This document shows positions 1 through 9,991 of a stretch of DNA of 64,000 nucleotides, piece after piece. The notes below the pieces were generated by a model, which saw nothing but the letters and a program-made list of their open reading frames with translations, did not search any database and had not been told where the DNA came from. The position numbers and the translations under genes are program-made. Position 1 is the first letter of the stretch. Every line of letters begins with the position of its first letter. Source of the stretch: Parasitella parasitica NRRL 2501 (Eukaryota; Fungi; Mucoromycota); NCBI GenBank assembly GCA_025201805.1, contig MU619313.1, forward strand, positions 43,056-107,055, read 5' to 3'.

Positions 1-987
1 CCCTTTTCAAAAGAACAACAAATTATCACTATTGTGGAAAATCGGGAATATAATGGTACATATTGTTAAAGTTGTGTGAAGAAAATTGCAATCAAATTTG
101 ATAATATTTCAGGAAGATGAACTAGTAATGAAGTGCTTATTGATCACGTTTTGTATTTTTATTGCCTTTGCATATAGCTACTTCGGAAAGTGTATATAAT
201 GCAAGTATTATGTCCACTTCAATGGCCAACACAACGGGTATTCAGAATAACCTATATTTCAGGACGTTGATCTTCTTTTTTAAAGGCTTCAGCCGATTTC
301 ATATAAGGATGGTTCATAGGACATTGTAGCAAGAAGTATGCACTTGCAGGTTACTGGTTAGATCATATGTGATTATAAACGCGTTACCAAGGCGAGCATA
401 CTTATAGAAGACGTTTGTCATCAAGAACAGAGACCCGTAGCATCTGTCATAAGGTCCTTTGTTCCTCTGATAAACGAAAAAAAGTTACATCATTAGCAAG
501 GGAGCAAGCAACAATCAAATATCGAAAAGTCTGGGTTAAACATGTTTTTGTCTTTGACCTATAAATCTTGATCCACTAGAAAAATAAAGCTTTGCAATAG
601 GTTTATTGACCCACTTTATGATGAGTCCCTTTTCACTTTGAAAAGTGACAGGGAATCAATGGTGTGACAAAGCATAACAGTTTCAAACGCACAGAACCTG
701 CACCAAGCCTTAAAAAATATCGTCTTTAAGGGACATGTATTTACAAGGCTTCCTTTATTGAAGTTGCAATAGCAACATAAATTATTTAAATTTCATTTTT
801 TTTTTTTTTTTTTTTTTGATTTAGTTAGCATGACAAGTTATTGTTAACAAATATATTTATTTTATTAACATCAAATCTCTGAAGAACCTTTTTTATTAAC
901 CGTTTGTTGGTTAACTTATAAGTGGTCGAGCCACTAACCTCCTTTAGGCGGTCCTCCCCATTGTTTGAGTAGATTGTAGAAAGAATA

Positions 988-1054
988 CTTTAAATTCAGA
1001 CGCTGTTAGTTTTTTTCTGGACGAATGAAAGTTAATATCCAGACGTTTAGCTTA
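988..1054 (+). repeat. Left terminal inverted repeat (67 bp)
   Basis: Manual alignment to the reverse complement of 6246-6312 gives 64/67 identity. Confidence 0.95.
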
Positions 1055-1598
1055 TAGAGATATATGTTAGACTTTTTCACCTACTACCATCCAATAATGT
1101 AGTATGCTAATTGAATAATTTCTGGTCCTGTACGACGAGAGACAGTGGATGCAGGTGGATCTCTGAGACTGAATTTATTTGAAGAAGGCTTGGTTGTACT
1201 TTGCGGTGAAATAACCTTTGAGGTTTGATGGATGATTCTTGCTATAGTATAATGATCCCGGGACAAAACCAGATATATTATAGTTAGTTGAGGATATAAT
1301 GCTTGTATAGAATCTCAGCGATTAAATGACAATTTAAGTAAGAGTCCAAAATATTTTAACGTAAAGAGGGCAGGTGGGTGTGCCTAATTTTATAATCTTA
1401 AATTAAATAATCCTTAACAACACAACTGGTGGTCGCCTCAAGCATTTGAGCCATAAGCGAAGACCGAAAAAAAAATGACAAACTCCAAGGCGGGATACCA
1501 CCCTCTCATCAGTAATAATATAAATGTTGTCCGTTTAATCACATTTTTTTAAAATCTTTGATAGATTGTTTTTCTTTCACTTTCTTACTCTATTGAAC

Positions 1599-4500
1599 AT
1601 GTCTAATGAATATTGGTCTGACATTATTAAAATAAAGAAAGAAACGGTTTTCAACAATCGATTGGTATTTAATGAAGGTCAGAACTTAATAAAAATATAT
1701 ATAAGAGTTTTTATTAACTGATATTACAGCAAATGCAAAGTGTACCGACTGTGAAGAAGTAGGCCATTTCAATAAAAACTACTAAAAGTGCAAGTTTTAC
1801 AAAGGAGCAACCACTGATGATGGTATGGCAGTTTGATATTAGTTATACTATTTACATATAATAATGATCACATCTGGTTGGAACCTCAAGCAAGAAAAGA
1901 AAGCAAAGCAGAAGTTTGAAGCAAGATAAACAAACAGCAAAACGACAAAAGACCACAAATGATAATGTGTCCAATCTTCATTGTAAGAAATGCGGTGGTA
2001 ATAATCATGCTATAGCAAGATCCTCCTTATGCCCACACAGTATAACATCCAGAGCTAAAGTACTAGAACAGAACCTTGGCACTAATTACAAGGCATTCAC
2101 AAGAAAATTACCTTTTGATAGCTGCATCAATCAAGCTCACCGCCATATTAAAACCAACGTCATATAGACTTGTGCTGCTGTGAGGGATATCATAGATAGA
2201 GCCAAAATTTTTGTGAATTACTATGTCTTGTCGAGCTCAAGTGGACAAGTCCCCGATGGTATCTTCAAGAAAAACTTTTGGTACAGCATGTGTCAACTGG
2301 TAAATAGCCAAAGAATCACAAACCAGAAGGGCATACCAGCCGATTTAATTACTGTATGGAACGATTTTCGTAACAGATACAGACATGCCAGTGTGAATAT
2401 CAAACTTCTTCCAGGTGCCAGTCAGTGTATCTCTGAAGCATGCACTGAAATCGAAATGCTGTATAATAACATGATTGTCGAAACATTTGAGCTTAAACTT
2501 CTGTCTTTTCTTCACTACAAGGTCCAAATGTTATTACCGGTAAGCGTAATATTTCATTATATGACAATCACTTATATAACAAATCAATAGAATATCACAA
2601 AACGCTCTATAATTGATTTTTTTTTTTTTTTTTTGTATTAAAGTTTATCTTTATTAAAATTTCATGATGAAACTATAGATTAGGTACAGGCAAGGTCAAG
2701 GTGCCAGCTTGAACACTTGCCAGAGGAAAGAGAAGAAAGTAGTAAACCATGTTAACACATGCCGAAGCAATCCAGGGCTCCGTGTCTATGACACATCGCC
2801 AATGATATTTCCAAAGTGTACTGTAAGCAGTACCAAGAGCCACCATAACCTCTTCATCGAGCATCTCCAAATCTTGAGAACAGAGACTAGTGAGAGCTTG
2901 CCAGATAGACATGGCAGTTGGGAGGAGATCCTGCAGGGACAGCAAGGATACAACATCTCGCCAATACCGGGCTTTGAGGGAACAGCCGACAACAAAATGT
3001 AACAAGTCTTCTAGAGCAAAACCACACAGAGTACAAAGAGGAGACGGAACTTTTGCTGGAACTATACGATGGCACCAAGAGCGGTGAGCCACACGATCAA
3101 GCAACAATCGCCACCAAGGTGTGAATGCTTTTGCTGGCAGCTCCAGGGACCAGAAAAGACGCCAAGAAGGAGGAGGTAGTCGCAAATGGATAGGCAGACG
3201 AAGTGGAGGACCCATACGAGAGGTAATGATATCCTTTGCAGGATGCCAATACCTTCGCAGGGCGTTCAAAGACAAGCGAGCCATAGGAACAGAAGAACGA
3301 GAGGAATTGGAAATTGTCTAGTGTGAGCAATCTGGCATCCACGAAGAAGCACCATCAGAACGGGGCATAGTATGATAGTCTGCATGACACAAGACTATCT
3401 TACTATCCATGACAGGCGGGAAAACCAGAGAGACAGGACCAAAATCTTTGTTCATATCCGAAGAAACGCGACGAAGTTTAGTAGGCCATGACAAGTGACG
3501 AGTAGTACCATCCACAATGCCAAGATCAGGACGCCAAGAGCAAATATCTGATACCAAGTAGCGAGGATCCAGAGTAGCAGGATCAATCATTGAAGAATCT
3601 GGAGGCACATTACTAAGTACATAACATAATGGAAAATCAAGAAACCACCTAGCAGACCAACTAGAGGAAGGAACTAGCTTGGGTAGTTTTATCAGTAGAT
3701 TGCTGAGATGTTTGAGAACAGGAACAGAAGATACACGAAATTTGAACTTGTCAGGAAAAGAGAACCAAGGCAAGACAGATTTATGACCAGTGTATACTTG
3801 GAAGGCGTAAACCAACCAAGCAGTGACAAAATTAGAAGGAGAAGGTGGACGCAACAAGCGTTGCAAATAGACAAGATGCAGAGCCAAGCTCTGATCTGCT
3901 ATATCCACCAAACCAACACCACCAAACTTGCGAGGAAGACACAAAGTCGACCAAGCAACACCAGGACGAAACGACACCAAATACTCCCGAACTACTTTCT
4001 TGAGAGCCATCACCCACGACTCAGTAGCAGGGCCACCAGGAACACCACGCAACAAATGATACACCTTAGGCAACAGCAACGAGTTAGCCACAAGTCCAGC
4101 TTACCGAACGGAGAGATTTCTTTGCTTCAACAAGTTACAGTGCCTTTGGACCTTTACTAATAAGTCATTTAGAAAATCACTCAGTTGACTATCAGTATGA
4201 TACAAGGGATAACCCAAGTATCGGACCGCACCACAAGAGAGAGCATTATGCCACTGGAGACCAGCAGCATGCGCCAAAGCAACCCAAGCGGAATGCGGCC
4301 TATCAGAAAGAGACACCAGCATAGTCTTGCTAAGATTGGCCTTCGCGTTAGACGCTCGGCCATACATATCCAAAAGAGACAACAAGACTGGCCACTCATC
4401 TGGGGACGACAAGAACACTTCCAGATCATCAGCATAACTCAGAATCTTGACAGGAGACGGAGCACCAGTACGACTAACAAAGTCCAATTGTCGATTGCAG

Positions 4501-6112
4501 GAGCCATCACCAAGATCCTCACGAACTTCCACCGGGTTCTCTAATTGAATCAATCTCTAGTAAATACTGCTACCATATGTCAAGGGAACCCTACCTGGCC
4601 TGAAGATGACTGCATAAATGAACGAGTAAAAGCAGCCATCCACGATATGTGTACACCTTTCAAGCAGGCACTGAATAGAAAAGTTAACTTGAGCGAACTT
4701 GCAAAAGATCCAGCCGTGTTTGCTCGATTTTTATTATTTCTCAATGCCGGATTGGAGCGCGAAATCGAAGAACATAATCCTTACGATGTGAGGCGACTTC
4801 CACTGCCAAAGCTCATTTCGGTGTTGCCAAAGGCATCAACACATTGGAGATCACTCACAATAAGTGTGAACGCCTTGTCATGTTTTACAAAAACACCACT
4901 GCCACGGGGATTCCAAAGACAGCTGATGTTGTTTTATGATGTTTTCAATTTTGGGAAACTGCGATACAGAGAGTGAGTATAGAGATTGTATCAAATCAGG
5001 CTTATGTATTTCTTTGTAGCATTGCTGAATTAACACCAGATGGAAACAACCAGATCATTTTTGGAAACTTGATACGGACTGATGGTTTTGTTGTGGATTT
5101 TTTATTCTACAAAAGAAATCAAACCAATTACGGTTCTTCTTTAAAAAACTTTACCAGAAGTAGCAGAAAAATATCACCCCATTTTTGTTGACCAAAGTCA
5201 GCATATACTGCCCGTGAGTGGGTTAAACGCGGTAAGCCACCCAATAATCCGCTGCAGTGCTAAAGAGTACTATCATCTTACTGGCTCGACTGTTATTTCT
5301 GCCCAGCAGCAATCTTTGAAAAGTCAAAACGGAATAGAGGGTATTGAATCAAGCATCCCCACAGCCAAGACATCAAACCCAGAGCGTTTTTTAGACTATG
5401 TGCAATATCTGCTTAACAACATAAATACTTTATTCAACTTTTACAATTCCAGTACTGCAAAAAAACGCTTCCAACTTTATCAAGGGAGGCAAAAAGCGCA
5501 AGAAACTATGGTCAATATGCTTATAAACAGCGACACCAAATCAAAGTAGGAGAAAAAGGAAGAGGCAGAAAAAGAAGAAACAAACGAAGAGAAGAAGAGA
5601 CCAAATAAGAAGGATGCTATCAAGCACAAATATTTACTTGAGTATATTCTAACTTTTTTTAATAATATTTGTATTTTGGAAAAAAACTAAACAAATGGAG
5701 GCCTGTCAAATACAAAGAAGACAAGACGAAGGTTTTTCTGGTAGTGTTTGGAGATAGAATGTTCAACAAAGACACCAACAAGATCAGGACGCTCAGAAGT
5801 GGGGTGACGGGTATTTTACGGCGCACGCTGAAAAAGCGAGAAGCGGCTGGACAACTCATCACAATCACAATTGACGAGTTCCGAACATCCAAAGCATGCA
5901 GTAAATGCCAAACTCTAACCTTGACGCCAGCCTCGACTGATACTAGAATGAGTGTGCTTGCTTGTTCTTCTTGTCGTACTCTTTGGCAAAGAGACATTAA
6001 TGCATCCCGAAACATGATGACAATCTCTATCGGCATTTGGCAGGGACGAGAAAGACCAACACCTTTTCGACGCACCACCACCACCACCCCACCGCCGCCG
6101 TCATCACTGTAA
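1599..6112 (+). pseudogene. Fanzor1-type RNA-guided endonuclease pseudogene (spliced, TnpB/RuvC family)
   Basis: C-terminus ITIDEFRTSKACSKC...CSSC..LWQRDINASRNM = RuvC-II, Zn finger and RuvC-III of TnpB/Fanzor. Also IRTDGFVVDFLF and a degenerate RuvC-I (YHPIFVD[..]KSAYTA, ~5172-5212). Probable introns 1678-1729, 1823-~1877, 2540-2590, 4973-5019. In-frame stops at 1783, 2165 and 5547, frameshifts near 4575, 5155 and 5190-5213, and an L1 insertion at 2617-4541. Confidence 0.88.
2617..4541 (-). mobile_element. 5'-truncated non-LTR (L1-like) retrotransposon inserted in a Fanzor exon
   Basis: Poly(T)18 at 2617-2634 is the poly(A) tail on the minus strand, with AATAAA at 2655-2650. TSD TAATTGA at 2610-2616 and 4542-4548. 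One minus-strand frame encodes the RT C-terminus (LSYADDL, RYLGYP, LCLPRKFGGVGL) and a zf-RVT (CTLCG..EDLLHFVVGC), broken by stops at 4101 and 3318. Confidence 0.93.
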
Positions 6113-6120
6113 TAAAAACA

Positions 6121-6312
6121 GCTTACCTAGTGTATTTAGATGACAACGTTCACTCAACTTTTGTTGTTTGGATGCTTTATAGGTAAGCGTCTAAACATAC
6201 ATTTCTATTCGTCTGAAAAACTAAATATGCTTCGTCTAAAAAAGGTAAGCTAAACGTCTGGAAATTAATTTTCATTCGTCCAGAAAAAAACTAACATCGT
6301 CTGAATTTAAAG
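6121..6312 (+). ncRNA. Candidate Fanzor omegaRNA scaffold (boundaries approximate)
   Basis: Begins 9 nt after the Fanzor stop. GCUUACCUA (6121-6129) pairs with UAGGUAAGC (6180-6188). The inner 15-bp helix 6132-6146/6161-6175 is fully paired using 6 G-U wobbles. The location at the transposon 3' end matches known TnpB/Fanzor omegaRNAs. Confidence 0.6.
6246..6312 (-). repeat. Right terminal inverted repeat (67 bp)
   Basis: Reverse complement of 988-1054, 64/67 identical, followed by TA. Confidence 0.95.
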
Positions 6313-6589
6313 TAGAAATACTGTGCTGTACCGTAGTCCAGAGCAAAGACAACATGAACCGGCCCGCTTTTATTGTTTGATGTCTGGCTTACTCAAACCT
6401 TGTAAAGAAAAAATAAATAATTAAAAAAGCGTTTTATAGCATCTCTTCAATATTTCTTTGTTTCTTTCTCTTTTTCTCCTTTCCAATATTATTTTTCTTC
6501 TTAAACCTTGTGATAGGGGTATCATCTAATAACATTCGTAGGCATTCTATAAATTCCATTTGTTTATTTGTCATATACCTTACACAAAG

Positions 6590-8076
6590 ATGGAGAATTT
6601 ATTGGCTTTCCAATCTCAATCTGTCCTTCGACATGATGAAGGCATGGATCTTGAAGAATTCTTCAAAGACAATCTTGAACCACTTATGAAGAAATTCAAG
6701 TATAGATTATCACAGTTCGAAAATACAGTTGTCAGCAGTGAATCAATTCAAAACTATACACTTTCAAAAGTCAACAAAGCTTATCTTTTATTGGAAAGTC
6801 TCGGCCAAGAATGGGAAGAACGTCGGCAGAGAGCTTTGGAAGCAAGAAGACAAATACTGCAAGAATTATATGTTAAAAAATTGGATGATAAAACAAGATA
6901 TTACCATTTCATGACACCTCCAGATCTTATGAGCGTCATGCTGGAATTATCCAAAAAATATCATGAGCTTGAAATGGACAGTAATGGCGAAATGCTTGAT
7001 AATACAATTGACGCTTTTATGCTTAAAATGGAAGAACTAGACGGCAAAATTTCAGATGCTCTTGGTCGTGCTGATAAAATGCTTGAAAGATTCGAAGAAA
7101 AGTTAATGGTTGTTGCAGGCGTTGCAAACGAACACATCGATAAACTGAAATACGCAATGTCATTCGGCTCAAATCGCTTGCTAATGTACGACGAACTGCC
7201 TGGACCTTGGCAAAGCAATGAGGTATGAAAATAGCAATGTAATACCAAATTAAACCTTATGTCCATAGTATACCTAAACGGTTTTATTAGTATATCCGAA
7301 CAGGATACCGCTTTTTGGATTCAGCAGCTGATTGCTGGTATTCTCTTTTCTATGTCCATAACGAAACTGGCAATATCTGGACTCATCTTTTGGGGTTTAT
7401 CGCTTTATTCAGTGTTGGAGTGTATGAGCTATTCTTTTCAGAATTAATGACAAGCATTCCTGTCAAAGATCGCTTGATTTTTTTGGTATTTTTCTTGGCT
7501 GCTTGTAAATGCTTGATGTGTTCGACTGTTTGGCATACATTATCTGGAATCAATAATCTCAAGGTGTATCGTCAAGTCGCATGTCTAGACTATGTTGGTA
7601 TCTCTGTGCTTATCTGTGCAAGCATAATGCTCTGTGAATACTATGGTTTCTACTGCACTGATACTGTGCGTAATACATACATTACTGCCACTACTACATT
7701 GGCTGTTATTGGCGTTAGTATGCCATTTCAAGCTTGGTTTGACAAACACGAACGCAGATGGCTTCGCATTGCCTTCTTTATTGCATTAGCCTCCTCAGGA
7801 GCCATTGTCATAGGACACCTTACTGTCATGCGTGGTGTAATTGAAACATTTAGTTGGTTAGCACCTGTTTTTAAATCAATTGCTTGCTATCTTGCAGGTG
7901 TTGTTATTTATGGCAATCAATTCCCTGAGAGATTCTGGCCTGGCAAATTTGATCATTTTGGGCATTCGCATCAATTCTGGCATTTATTTGTATGTGGTGG
8001 TATATGGTTCCATTACCAAGCAGCACTCCAATTTGCATCAAGCCGTGAAAGCTTTGGCCAATGCCAATTAATTTAA
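6590..8076 (+). CDS. PAQR/haemolysin-III family membrane protein (IZH/adiponectin-receptor-like, with N-terminal helical extension)
   Basis: Exons 6590-7222 and 7291-8076. Motifs NEYIRTGYR, HNETGNIWTH, SxxWH, LDYxGI, PERFWPGKFD and HSHQFWH. Confidence 0.92.
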
Positions 8077-8149
8077 TTATTTATTAGTACTATGTAATGA
8101 TATCCTCGCTTTATACAGAAAAATAAACTCGCATTCTATATATTTTGCC

Positions 8150-9348
8150 TTAAATCAAAGATATCCTTGTGCGAACAAGACCACCTCTAAAGTTTTTCAT
8201 GGGCTGAGGCACTTGTTGCAGTCTTCTGAATGCTTCATGGATATGTTCAGCTAATAACGGTGTTTGTTCTGTACTTGGTAATGAAAACAAACCGTTAGAA
8301 AACGAATCCGGTGATCCAGGTGTTTCATTTTCAATACTGGAATGTGCTTCATCTTGCTGAGGTGTGGATACTGTACCATCGGCTGACGTTGTGATAATAG
8401 CTGCTGCTGGTGGTTTAGGTGTTGTTGTGGTCTCCATGCTAGTAGCACTCTCTTCTTCTTCTCTTTTTCTTTTCAACTGTGAGCTACCTAGCGAAACTGG
8501 TTCATCCTCTTTTTTACCAGTTGTTTCCATTAAATCACGTTTAATACTGATGGCTGTCATGGTTAATTTGGAGACCATCTCATATGTCAAAAAGCCCAAA
8601 CTATCAACTATATCGTCGTTTGGTTTGACTTCAACAAAGGAGCTCATATTTGCCCATTCTCGAAACCGTTTGCCTTTTCGGTACGTAAATGACGCTTGTC
8701 TGCACTCGGAATAATGCACGTATTCCTCTCGTGTCATAGCTCTCGTAATGTCATCTGCATCCTTCAACCGTTGTATAGAATCGTTGTAGGCTTCTAATTC
8801 ATCCTCATCCTCTGATTCATCGTCTCCATTCATTGATTTTGTAATCACATCAGAGAACTGGTTTACTAGTTCCCATGGCAATTTAATGATACTACGATGG
8901 ATTTTTCCTGTATTGGTTTCTTCTACAACGTCCTCTACTTGATCACTAGATGCGTCTTTAGCGTTTTTGCGTACATCCTTCCAACTAAGGAATGATCTCA
9001 ATCTGTTCACTTTGGCGCGATCATGTCGCATCAAAAATATCAAGTCTTCAGCGTTTAAGTATCTTGAATTTCTTCTATTCGCTTGCGCTGCTGCTTGGAT
9101 GATCTATTTTCTGGTTAACATACGTTTAATTAAGCAATAATTTGAGCTTACAATTTCTATCACTTGAGATCGCACAATGTCTTCAACCAACAGAGTTGCT
9201 TCTTGAAGTGGGTCGGCTACTTCTCCAAATACAAACATCATTTGCTGTATTTCGCTTTGAAAACGATATTTAGACTAAACAATAAGTTGGAGTGCCTAAA
9301 TTAGCCTTTATTTTATATCCTCGCACTTACTTTTTTTGCTTCAGCCAT
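8150..9348 (-). CDS. SPT3: SAGA complex subunit Spt3
   Basis: Multi-exon. Motifs FQSEIQQMMFVFGEV, EDLIFLMRHDRAKVNRLRSFLSWKDVRK and MTREEYVHYSECRQASFTYRKGKRFREW. Confidence 0.95.
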
Positions 9349-9991
9349 TTATTTTAGGTGATAAATGATATGATAATTACGATGAGTCTTTGTTCAAGAA
9401 GAAAAAAAAGCCGAGCCCAGTTCTGGGTAGCACCTAGTATAAACTGAGTTTGATGGTGAAAACCATCATAAGATTAAATGTTTAATTACAATTTTGAAGA
9501 TGCTGATTTTTTACTATTTACATAATGTAAGTATCTCTACTAGTGAACAGCTAATCAAGCTGTTAAATTCAACCATTGCTGATATCCTATGAGCCCTTCG
9601 TGAAAAAATTGATGTTTTTAAAATCCAAAATGCATTTTGTACCTGTAGGAAAATTTCATAGTATAAGGAAGGCTATACATGCTCATATAGATGTGCTAAT
9701 AAAAAGCCGGGAAGCAAGGTACAAAAAGTGCCCTTAAATCAAAAACTTGGAGAAATATAAAGCTATTATGCAGGAAAAGGCCAGTTCTAAAAAAATTGCC
9801 ACACAAAATCGTAAAATGACATACACGTGTCGCGCTTAATATACTCTATGAATGATGTTCAAACCCACGGTTTTAAATAGTAGTTGATCAGGTTTATTCA
9901 TAATGTATTTGTATATACAATCCAAGAATTAAAAACAGTTGAAATTGATTTTCGAGATTAAAATGTTGCTTTAAGCTGATCCACTGTTTGT

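Larger units (their letters stand above)
988..6312 (+). mobile_element. Non-autonomous TIR DNA transposon carrying a Fanzor (TnpB-like) gene; TA target-site duplication
   Basis: 988-1054 (CTTTAAATTCAGACGCTGTTAG...CCAGACGTTTAGCTTA) is the reverse complement of 6246-6312 with 3 mismatches in 67 bp. TA flanks both ends (986-987, 6313-6314). The interior encodes Fanzor motifs; no DDE transposase was recognised. Confidence 0.93.

Noticed and set aside
1916-6112. An intact, active nuclease at this locus, or the ORF-track fragments as separate genes
   Set aside because: The fragments are exons of one gene with at least three in-frame stops, several frameshifts, a damaged RuvC-I motif and a retroelement insertion.
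2673-6112. RT plus Fanzor as a coupled RT-nuclease system
   Set aside because: The RT is antisense, 5'-truncated, and bounded by its own poly(A) and TSD inside a Fanzor exon, so it is an independent insertion.
6165-6312. Periodic short repeats next to a Cas12-related nuclease, suggesting a CRISPR array
   Set aside because: The conserved core is only ~5 bp with a 22-bp period and is mirrored in the left TIR; these are transposon subterminal repeats, not repeat-spacer units.
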